A DNA stretch of 64,000 nucleotides from Macrostomum hystrix (Eukaryota > Animalia > Platyhelminthes): contig CATNEN010000002.1 in NCBI GenBank assembly GCA_950097015.1, positions 4,030,001 to 4,094,000 of the forward strand, read 5' to 3'. Under the pieces are notes generated by a model. The model had not been told where the DNA came from and did no database searches. It saw nothing but the letters and a program-made list of their open reading frames with translations. Below, in pieces: positions 46,801 through 58,800 of this stretch (its first letter is position 1; every line of letters starts with the position of its first letter). Position numbers and translations under genes: made by a program.

Positions 46801-49800
46801 GGGAGAGAACGGAGACAGAGAAGGGGAGAGCTAGGGAGTCAGGAAGGGGAGAGCTAGGGAGTCAGGAAGGGGAGAGCTAGGGAGTTAGGAAGGGGAGAGC
46901 TAGGGAGTCAGGAAGGGGAGAGCTAGGGAGTCAGGAAGGGGAGAGCTAGGGAGACAAAGAAGGGGAGAGAAGGGAGACAGAGAAGGGGAGAGCTAGGGAG
47001 ATAGAGAAGGGGAGAGCTAGGGAGTCAGAGAAGGGGAGAGAACGGAGACAGAGAAGGGGAGAGCTAGGGAGTCAGGAAGGGGAGAGCTAGGGAGTCAGGA
47101 AGGGGAGAGCTAGGGAGTCAGGAAGGGGAGAGCTAGGGAGACAGAGAAGGGGAGAGCTAGGGAGTCAGGAAGGGGTGAGCTAGGGAGACAGAGAAGGGGA
47201 GAGCTAGGGAGTCAGAGAAGGGGAGAGAAGGGAGACAGATGGGAGAGAAGGGAGACAGAGAAGGGGAGAGAAGGGAGACAGAGAAGGGGTGAGCTAGGGA
47301 GACAGAGAAGGGGAGAGCTAGGGAGACAGAGAAGGGGAGAGCTAGGGAGACAGAGAAGGGGAGAGCTAGGGAGTCAGGAAGGGGAGAGCTAGGGAGACAG
47401 AGAAGGGGAGAGCTAGGGAGTCAGAGAAGGGGAGAGAAGGGAGACAGATGGGAGAGAAGGGAGACAGAGAAGGGGAGAGAAGGGAGACAGAGAAGGGGTG
47501 AGCTAGGGAGACAGAGAAGGGGAGAGCTAGGGAGTCAGGAAGGGGAGAGCTAGGGAGACAGAGAAGGGGAGAGCTAGGGAGACAGAGAAGGGGAGAGCTA
47601 GGGAGACAGAGAAGGGGAGAGCTAGGGAGACAGAGAAGGGGAGAGCTAGGGAGTCAGGAAGGGGAGAGCTAGGGAGACAGAGAAGGGGAGAGCTAGGGAG
47701 ACAGAGAAGGGGAGAGCTAGGGAGTCAGGAAGGGGAGAGCTAGGGAGACAGAGAAGGGGAGAGCTAGGGAGTCAGGAAGGGGAGAGCTAGGGAGACAGAG
47801 AAGGGGAGAGCTAGGGAGTCAGAGAAGGGGAGAGCTAGGGAGTCAGGAAGGGGAGAGAAGGGAGACAGAGAAGGGGAGAGAAGGGAGACAAAAGGATGAA
47901 GAGAGAATGGTTAAAGAAAATGGATAAGAAAGGATGCGAGTTAGCGAAAGAGAAGGATGGTGAGCTAAACGAAGATTCAGAGGCCAGGAGACGCAAAGTT
48001 GCAGAGCCTGGAGAATATTAGCGCAGCGGGAGCGGTCTGAGCAGTGAGCTGGTGAGTTCCCACGCTGTCGTAGAGTTGTCCCTCGAATTTTCTGGCAGCA
48101 ATTAGCTGGCCAATCAATTCCAAATCAGTTTATATTCTTCAAGGCATCTCAGCGCACTTCAAAGTTTCTTTTGCTTAAAATCCGAACAAAAATCGAACGC
48201 CAGCGGAGCCAAGCCGCACAGGTCAACCGCCACTTCTGATCAGCGGATCCTGCTAGATTCCAAGGGTCTGCAGAAACCACTTGTTGGCTAGCATGAATTT
48301 TTTAGCATCCTCGACAGTTCGCAATCGATCGGTGCTGCTGCGGAAGTCTGTCCACCAGCGGCTCTTAAAACTGAATAATCTTGGCATCGATTTTTGATCG
48401 CCTGCTCAGGCCCTCTGATTACGGTCCAGGGATCGATTTTGGGCCGCCCACAACGCTGCCTTCAGAAGCGCAGCGTTGCATTGCACTTTGGAGAGAAGCT
48501 GTGACTGTTCGCTTGGTCCAGTGGCTGGGAGTCCACTGAGATGCCCGGTAACCTCTGGCTCCTTCGCAGCACGGGGACCTTCGGCAATGACCCTTGTGTC
48601 ATATGGCCCTCACGGCCATAAGGGAGGGCCATGGCCTTTGTTACTCCCCCGGCAGGCCTGTCACGATCGCCACAGTCAGGCTCAGCGAAGTCACGGCCCT
48701 GAATGCCGGCCCGCTCGACCACTCCGGCTTCACCGCTTGCAACTGCTGGGACCTACTTATCGACCTCCAAGCCTCTGCCAAAGTCAAGGCCGCCATCCGC
48801 CGCTGCCGTCGCACCCTGGCGCGCTCAGCCGACCACTGTATGGTCACGGGCGTCCGCGCAGCGACCTACACGAGGCAGCGACAAATGCCAGCACAGCTCG
48901 GCGAGCGGCCGTGGACTCCCCCGGCCGTGCTCATCGTCTTTTGCGCAGCGCCGGGCGTCTCTAGCCCCCGACCTTATCGGCATCGCCGGATCGCAGCAAC
49001 ATCAGCAGCAACAGTAGCAGCAGCAATAGTAGCAGCAACATCAGCAGCAACATCAGCAGCAACATCATCAGCAACAGCAGCAAAATCATCAGCAACATCA
49101 GCAACATCATCAGCATCAGCAGCAACATCAGCAGCAACATCAGCAGCAACAGCAGCAACATCAGCAGCAACATCATCAGCAACAGCAGCAACATCATCAG
49201 CATCAGCAGCAACATCAGCAGCAACATCAGCAGCATCAGCATCACAATAGCAGCAGTTAAATTACAACGTCCGAAATCTTGTTCAAATAAAATCTGCTGA
49301 AATTGGGCGATCCAAAGCGAACGCCACAGCAAAAACCAGAAGAAAATCTAGATTTTGCGCTCGATCATAAAGCCATTCGCTGGCCTGACACCAGACAAGA
49401 CGAAATTTTTATTGAGGGCAACGACAATAAAAATTCATCGTTTTTGGGAGGCGCTGTGCAGGTAGGGCAGAAGAAAGGGTGAAAGAAAAGCAGAAGACAG
49501 AGACAGAGAGAGAGTGCAAGCTGGTTGTCCAAAGTCCATCCCAGCATTCTTGAAGCACTGCATGTCAAGCCATGCGAATGTCATCAGTAAGCCATGAGCC
49601 ACTTTCTGTTACAGCCCGTCCCTCGCAGCGAGAAACCGCTGATTTTGGCATTTAGCTGCTGGTATATTACGGCCTTTAAGGCCTTGCACAATACGGACAG
49701 ATGAAACTCTTTAACATGACCGACCCGAGACTTCAGCTTTAAGATAGTGTTTTAAGCGAGCGAACCTGGCGCAGGCAGGTATTCAGGTGAATGATGACGG

Positions 49801-52800
49801 AGTCAGCGAGTCGGCATTGAAGTCTGGCGCAGCAGCTGCTGCTTGTCCTGCACTTCTGCTGTGTTGCAACAGCAGACCTACCCAGGTTGCCGGGGGGGAA
49901 ATGCACGATGGGAATTTTTTTATTTTCAAATGTCCCCACTATTGATGCGCGTATATTTTTGTAGTTTCAAGCATTCGCGGTGTGCTAGGGGGTGCATTTC
50001 GGATGCCAGAGTCTGGAATTGCGGATAAAATGCGTGACAAACCTGGCACAATGAACTTTACAGCTTCGGAAATGTCGAATAGCAATGATAAAGATTTTCC
50101 TGACAGCAGGTAAAATTTGTTAGACTAGTGTCAGCTGTCCTGTTTGACAGCGGGAACTGCTTGGTACTTTGCTGCCGAAAGCCATTGCTGACACATTGCG
50201 AATTAAGGACATTGCAACATATCACATTGCATCTCACACGAGTTTTTACTGCTCTGATTTGATTCTTGAGGCTTTTGTGCTTCTCCAACTCACCTGTCTG
50301 CTTCTCCAACTCACCTGTTTGCTTCTCCAACTCACCTGTCTGCTTCTCCAACTCACCTGTCTGCTTCTTCAATTCACCTGTCTGCTTCTCCAACTCACCT
50401 GTCTGCTTCTCCAACTCACCTGTCTGCTTCTCCAACTCACCTGTTTGCTTCTTCAATTCACCTGTCTGCTTCTCCAACTCACCTGTTTGCTTCTCCAACT
50501 CACCTGTTTGCTTCTCCAACTCACCTGTCTGCTTCTTCAATTCACCTGTCTGCTTCTCCAACTCACCTGTCTGCTTCTCCAACTCACCTGTCTGCTTCTC
50601 CAACTCACCTGTTTGCTTCTTCAATTCACCTGTCTGCTTCTCCAACTCACCTGTCTGCTTCTCCAACTCACCTGTCTGCTTCTTCAACTCACCTGTCTGC
50701 TTCTCCAACTCACCTGTCTGCTTCTCCAACTCACCTGTCTGCTTCTCCAACTCACCTGTCTGCTTCTTCAACTCACCTGTCTGCTTCTCCAACTCACCTG
50801 TCTGCTTCTCCAACTCACCTGTCTGCTTCTCCAACTCACCTGTCTGCTTCTTCAATTCACCTGTCTGCTTCTCCAACTCACCTGTCTGCTTCTCCAACTC
50901 ACCTGTCAACTCACCTTCAAACTTTTCAACTTTTCGATCTAATCTAGTCAAATTTAGGACTGTCTACCTTATTGCTAATAATTCTCATGGTTATGATTCT
51001 AAATATGCGCTCAACTGTGCCTGGCCAGACAGTATTGTGAAAGAGAGGCTCCGGGAAAGAGTCGGATGAGGTCACACACTGTCTTCCGAGAGATGATAAT
51101 GGAGAAACGCAGTCAGTACCCACCTGAACTTTTCGCTTTATCTTCCTTCTCTCTCGCTCTTCCTGGCTCTAATTAAAATCCACCAAATGGTCACCCGGGC
51201 ACAGGCCGGCAACGGGACTGCCTTATTCCTCACTTCCTCACTTCTGCTAGCCCGTAGTCACAATGACCCAGCAGCTTTTCTGTGCTCAAAGCATTGTGCC
51301 CAGCCCACCAGGACCAGAACAATTCAAGCGCAGAATTTTCATCGGCTTGAAACGATACCCAAAAAACTTAATGCTACAATTTAGCTTCATGCTGCTCAGA
51401 ATTTCTATTCAGTCCTCTTTCTCTGAGTCATTCACCCAACCTGTCTGTCTTCTATTTTGAATCAATTAAATTTTCCATAGATGTCCAGTTATCGTGACAG
51501 ACACGATAATTCCATTACTGCAGTCAACAATGCGCTTTTTAAACAATTTCTGCAACTTTTTTTATTTGAAAATTGCTTTAATCCTCGCCTGTTTTGCATA
51601 GGCAACGGCTTCATTGAGGGCACAGAGCTGGATGAATTCCTGAACGAGTTCATCTCCTCTGTTGTGGCCGAAGATGTCGGCTCAGAGGTGAGTAACGCCT
51701 TTTTTAATCGAGAAACATCGCCAATGTACTTTTGTGTTTGTCTGGGGTTTACCTAGATGTCACCTGTTTCACTTGGATGTCACCTGTTTCACTTGGATGT
51801 CACCTGTTTCACTTGGATGTCACCTGTTTCACTTGGATGTCACCTGTTTCACTTGGATGTCACCTGTTTCACTTGGATGTCACCTGTTTCACTTGGATGT
51901 CACCTGTTTCACTTGGATGTCACCTGTTTCACTTGGATGTCATCTGTTTCACTTGGATGTCACCTGTTTCACTTGGATGTCACCTGTTTCACTTGGATGT
52001 CACCTGTTTCACTTGGATGTCACCTGTTTCACTTGGATGTCACCTGTTTCACTTGGATGTCACCTGTTTCACTTGGATGTCACCTGTTTCACTTGGATGT
52101 CACCTGTTTCACTTGGATGTCACCTGTCTCACTTGGATGTCACCTGTTTCACTTGGATGTCACCTGTTTCACTTGGATGTCATCTGTATTACCTGGATGT
52201 CACCTGTTTCATCAGTATGTCACCTATTTCACTTGGATGTCATCTGTATTACCTGGATGTCACCTGTTTCATCAGTATGTCACCTGTTTCACCTGGATGT
52301 CATCTGTATTACCTGGATGTCACCTGTTTCATCAGTATGTCACCTATTTCACTTGGATGTCATCTGTATTACCTGGATGTCACCTGTTTCATCTGAATGC
52401 CATCCGTTTCACCTGAATGTCATCCGTTTCACCTGAATGTCACCTGTTTCACCTGAATGTCACCTGTTTCACCTGGATGTCATCCGTTTCACCTGAATGT
52501 CACCTGTTTCACCTGAATGTCATCCATTTCACCTGAATGTCATCCGTTTCACCTGAATGTCACCTGTTTCACCTGAATGTCACCTGTTTCACCTGAATGT
52601 CATCCGTTTCACCTGAATGTCACCTGTTTCACCTGAATGTCACCTGTTTCACCTGAATGTCATCCGTTTCACCTGAATGTCATCCATTTCACCTGAATGT
52701 CATCCATTTCACCTGAATGTCACCTGTTTCACCTGAATGTCATCCGTTTCACCTGAATGTCATCCGTTTCACCTGAATGTCATCCATTTCACCTGAATGT

Positions 52801-55800
52801 CATCCATTTCACCTGAATGTCACCTGTTTCACCTGAATGTCATCCGTTTCACCAGGACGTCACTTTTCTCGCGACAAAGTAACTCGCAGCTAAAAGTGGT
52901 CAGATTGTCACCTGAATCATTACCAAAAAAATTGCAGATAATTTCTGAAACTGCCATGGTGCAGATGAAGAAGGATTTTATGGAGGCTTTCGACGAAAAT
53001 CTGGATGGCAAAATTGAGATCGGAGAGGTAATTAAAAATGAAATTTATATTTTAGAGTTCTGCTTTGATTGTTGAGTAAATATTAAATGAGGTTTTTATT
53101 GTTCAATTTTCAGCTGTCGCAAATTCTGCCCACCGAGGAAAACTTTCTGTTGCTGTTTCGCCGGAACAACCCGGTCGATTCTAGCGTTGAGTTCATGCGC
53201 GTGAGTGGGATTTTACCTGGCTTTTTACCTGGGTTCCCCAGCTATGGTAGATCTATCTCCTTCATGCTTTGGTGTTATAGAGAAGAAATCTTTAAAATCA
53301 GGTTTAAAACATTTTATTTTTAGTGTTAGCATTAGGTATGCTTGTAGACAAACCTAAGTTCATACAACACATTTGAGCTTTGAGCTCTCAAAGAACCAAA
53401 ATCTGCTCAACTCAGCTCCGGTATTTCAGCTGCTGGTGGTGGAAATTTCCGGTTATATTTTGGTTAACCTTCAGTCAGCCAACTGGGCAGCTAGTTTCTT
53501 CAGGCAGTGCTCAACAATGCTCACGCCTTTAACTCACTCCCTTGCATCTCTACCCCATCTTACTAGGCCTCTGCCACGCTGTTAGTCTACTCAGTTGAAG
53601 GTGGGAACCAGTAGAGTCGGTTCGGCGACCCCTTTGTTAGCAGTTCCCAGGGCACATCCTTTTGCTGCTGCTGCATAGCGCTGAGGGTGACACATTTTGT
53701 AATTTCCTACTTTGTGTACTTAACTATTCTTGGTGGTCAGGGAAAGAGCTGTGAACACGGCCCCACTCACACTACTCAACTTAGAGAAATCTCACTTGAA
53801 TTCATAAATTGTTTTGATACAGTACATAAGTTTTGTTGAAGCTTAATGAAACATTGCACCTGACAGCCTCATGACAGCCTGTGCTATTTAAACCCGGTTT
53901 TGTAATTTCGCTCCATACCTGACTGGGCTAAATTGACCTAATTATTATAAATACGTAATAAATCACCTCGCCTTGACAAGTCCGGCTTGAAAGTGTCGCC
54001 GAGACCGGTAAACCACCTCCCCACTCCACCTGTCACCTCTAATTAGTCATCTATTAGACTGAAAACACCATAAACTGACGATTTACAGCAGGTCAGCCTC
54101 AGCTGGTACGGTTAAGTGAGTGTCCTAGACTGTATTGTATTATAGCCATTAATTACCTGGGTTTTAATTAGCATTAACTAACCTGGAACCTGCCCAGATA
54201 AATAAGGAACTCTTTATCATAAAATATGTGCACTTTTACTGAAGCTATGTCGTGTGCCCTCTAGCACTAAACTCTGTGACCCATCCAGCACCCTCCAACC
54301 TCACCTCTGTGACCCATCCAGCACCCTCCAACCTCACCTCTGTGACCCTTCCAGCACCCTCCAACCTCACCTCTGTGACCCTTCCAGCAACTTCCAACCT
54401 CACCTCTGTGACCCTTCCAGCACCCTCCAACCTCAGCTCTGTGACCCTTCCAGCATCCTCCAACTTCACCTCTGTGAACCTTCCAGCACCCTCCAACCTC
54501 AGCTCTGTGACCCTTCCAGCACCCTCCAACCTCACCTCTGTGACCCTTCCAGCAACTTCCAACCTCACCTCTGTGAACCTTCCAGCACCCTCCAACCTCA
54601 CCTCTGTGACCCTACTGGCACCCTCGTATTAAATCGTGAATCTTATTCACAATTAGAATATCAATTCCACTGGTTTTTACACCATTTTACACCACACGTC
54701 AGTCGCAGAGCTGTTTCTCAGACCAGACAGTGCGAATATTTGAGCAGTTATGTCAATTCTCGAAGCTGTCAGTGTTCTCCGCTCCACTTGAGCCTCTTAA
54801 ACAATCTCTAAGTATGACAGACAGAAAGCCGGAGATAATTAAAACATACGTAGGGATGGACCTGTCTGAAGCAGATATTTAATTTTATCCTGCAAGTATT
54901 TTAATCCGAATTAAATTAATCCCCAATTTTCCCTCAGATCTGGAAGCAGTTCGACAAAGATCACTCAGGCTACATCGAGGCGGACGAGCTCAAGGTAAGA
55001 GCTTTTTTAGCTTGATAGAGAATGCGAGCTCGAGAACATGTTTTTGGGATTTCACCCATCTTAAAGCACCTTTGAATTCGTCTGCAGGACTTTCTGAAGA
55101 GCGTTCTGGACTCTGCGGAGAAGCCAGTCTCTGAGGATAAACTGATTGAGTACACCACCACTATGGTGAGTTGGGATTTCTGAGCTAGGGAGATGGAAGA
55201 TTTCAAGATGGGATATTTTGAAGATGGGATATTTTGAAGACGGGATACTTTTGTGATGGGATATTTTGAAGATGGATGTTTTAAAGATAAAATTTTTTGA
55301 AGATGGGATAGTTTGAAGACGGGATACTTTGAGATGGGATATTTGGAAGATGGGATATTTTGAAGACGGGATACTTTTGAGATGGGATATTTTGAGGATG
55401 GGATATTTTGAAGATGGGATGTTTTGAAGATGGGATATTTTGAAGATAAAATATTTTGAAGATGGGATAGTTTGAAGACGGGATACTTTGAGATGGGATA
55501 TATGGAAGATGGGATATTTTGAAGACGGGATACTTTTGAGATGGGATATTTTGAAGATGGGATATTTTGAAGATGGGATATTTTGAAGATGGGATATTTT
55601 GGAGATGGGATAGTTTGAAGACGGGATACTTTTGAGATGGGATATTTTGAAGATGGGATATTTTGAAGATAGGATATTTGAAGATGAGCTAGTTGAGTAT
55701 GGGGTTCTCTCCCGCACTTTATGCATCCAATGTTTACCTCAGTTTCGCAAAATGGCATCTATATCATATTTTTCTTAGCTTCGCATTGTTGCTAGCTGCC

Positions 55801-58800
55801 TGTACTGGCCAAATAGTTTCTCTGCGTCTCTTTTACCTTTAGCCGAAGCTTCAGATCTTCTGCCTGCCTCCCCCGGCTCACATCAGTGCTCCTCAGAACT
55901 CAGTAATTTTCCATTGTACTCTCTCTGATCCTTTGTTAATCTCGTGTTAGCTCACATTTTTCTTCTGACGAAAATGTCTTTGTACTCACTGGCACGTGTT
56001 TTCATGATTCTGTCTGTTACAATCTTAATCCCAATCAGTCCCCACGTTTACTTTATGACACGCAATCTACAAACTGGATAAGGGAATTAAAGCGAATCGG
56101 TCAGTTTTCAAAGCCATGAATTCAAATCGGTGCCGATTCCAGCTGCAACTGTTCGATCAGAACAAGGACGGGAAGCTGCAGCTGAGCGAGATGGCTCGGT
56201 AAGTCTGTTTTGAGTTGATGAGATGATTTCAGGCTAGCTCACAATGTCACAAACTCAATAAAACACAATTGCAGCCTCCTGCCTGTGAAGGAGAACTACC
56301 TGTGCCGGCCCATATTCAAGGTGAGGTAGAGAGGATGGTGAAGAGGATGGGAGAGAATGTGTGAGAGGAAGATGGAGGAATAATGGCAACAATAACAGTT
56401 GAAGGAGGGCTGCGGGAAATGGCACATCATTTGGTGGCACTAGACCCACAGCCAGCGAGGAGGCAATTCTGCCCATTCCGCTGACTCCTGAGCACACACG
56501 CACACAGGTGTGTACGAAGTACATCTGCCCTGACTTTCTCCTCGTCACGGCAGTGCACACTTCACTGTTGCCTTGGAAGTTGGTCCTCAAGGGTGTAAAT
56601 TGCACGACAAGCCCCTGAACATTCTCTCCGCGGCGGAATCGAGCCCAGGGACCTTGGTGCGAGAGGCAAACGCGTTAGACTGCTTTACCACTCGCCCCCC
56701 GCGAAATAGGAAATGAGAGAGGTCGCGAGAGGCTTGCAGAGAGGTTAGCAGTTCAGGAGAGATTTAGATATTTGCAATTAGAACGATAGGTTATAAGAAG
56801 GGAGATAGATAGAGGGACCATTTTAGGGATAAAAACAGCATTTGATATTACATTTCAATGCAAAATATCCCTGAGCATTGGTGTGACAGAGATTCAGCAG
56901 TACTTTGATTGAATTACAGGGTTGAAAAGTCAAACTGATAGGCCCGTTGGCTGCAGGTGTGTTCAGGTGCGTTGGGCAAGTCAAGAGCCGAGAGGGGAAC
57001 TAATTATCCCACAGCTGAGGGAGATAAAAGAACTCGGCTCGCCAATCAAATAAGTTCTTTCTACCCATCTGCAGTACAAGCGGTGTACCTTGATGGTACC
57101 TCGACTATAGAATCTAGCTAATTAAGAAAATGTAAAACTTTTTTAGAAATCTAAATGATTCCTACTGAATTTGAGATTCCACATTCCAAATTTAATAACT
57201 CTAGAAAGAAAAACCAGAAAAAAAATTCTGGAATCTTCCCAAATCCTGATCAGTAAATCCAAATAAATCCTAGTTAGGGAAAGTTTTCCCAAATCCTAAT
57301 TGAGGAGAATCTTCCCAAATCCTAATTGAGGAGAATCTTCCCGAATCCTAATTGATCAGAATCTTCCCGAATCCTAGTTGAGGAGAATCTTCCCGAATCC
57401 TAATTGAGGAGAATCTTCCCGAATCCTAGTTGAGGAGAATCTTCCCGAATCCTAGTTGAGGAGAATCTCCCAAATCCTAATTGAGGAGAATCTTCCCGAA
57501 TCCTAATTAAGAGGATAATCTTCCCGAATCCTAGTTGAGGAGAATCTTCCCGAATCCTAATTAAGAGGATAATCTTCCCGAATCCTAATTAAGAGGAGAA
57601 TCTTCCCGAATCCTAATTAAGAGGATAATCTTCCCGAATCCTAATTGAGGAGAATCTTCCCAAATCCTAATTGAGGAGAATCTTCCCGAATCCTAATTAA
57701 GAGGATAATCTTCCCGAATCCTAGTTGAGGAGAATCTTCCCGAATCCTAATTAAGAGGATAATCTTCCCGAATCCTAATTAAGAGGAGAATCTTCCCGAA
57801 TCCTAATTAAGAGGATAATCTTCCCGAATCCTAGTTGAGGAGAATCTCCCAAATCCTAATTGAGGAGAATCTTCCCGAGTCCTAATTAAGAGGATAATCT
57901 TCCCGAATCCTGATTCAGGAAATAATTTCCGAATCCCAGATAAGGAAAATCTTCCCAAATCCTCCTAAACATGCAAATCCCAATTGAGGAAATTTTCCCG
58001 AATCCCAATCAAGGTAAATCTCAAAAATCAAATAAAATTTAAATCCTCTCTAAATCTGAAAGCTCTACATGAGTCACATCCCAAAAATTGCGCATCCCAA
58101 ATTTCAGAACGCCAGCAAGATCAGCAGCGCTGATATCGATCGCGTTTTCAGCCTGTACGACCGGGTGAGCACATGAGTCCCCTTCTGAGTTTCATTTTTT
58201 CCGCCAATTTCGTCGTATCCCGATTGCTGATCAAGTTTGACGGGGGAAGTCAGCGTTCCCGATGAGGACTTCACTTTATTGCTCGCAACTTGGCAAGGGA
58301 GCGATTGAGGCGAATTGTGATCTCAGATCAACTCAAAATCATTCCAAATCTGAACTAGAGCATAGCAAATCCAACTTTGCATCGTTAAATCAGATCATTG
58401 GATTGGTATCATTTTTTTTCAAGTTTATTTCCTTTTAAACTATTGAATAGCCAGTTGTTTGATGAATTATCCAGCTGTTCTCGTGTCTAACATGTTTATG
58501 AAGTGGCTAACACGTTGATGAAGTGTCTAACAGGTTTATGAAGTGTCTAACAGGATAAATTGCTCAGCTTTCGAGTTCTCTTGAATAATTTCCCCGCAGG
58601 ACCAGAACGGCACAATTGAGGACGAAGAGCTCCAGGGCTTCCTGAAGGACCTGCTGGAGCTCGCTCAAGAGGTAAATTGTACTTTTAATTGCTCAGAAAA
58701 TGTTTTTGCTAGATGCCAGGCATTATCTTGTTTGAGGGTTTGCCGTCTCCTTTGGAAGGGGCTGCTGTTGACAGCTAAGCAGTTTCATTGCACCAAATTC

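Noticed and set aside
47950-48051. Possible alternative first exon of the calbindin gene (CTG|GTGAGT donor at 48052)
   Set aside because: No ATG-initiated frame compatible with the phase-1 acceptor of exon 2 was found; the donor motif alone is insufficient
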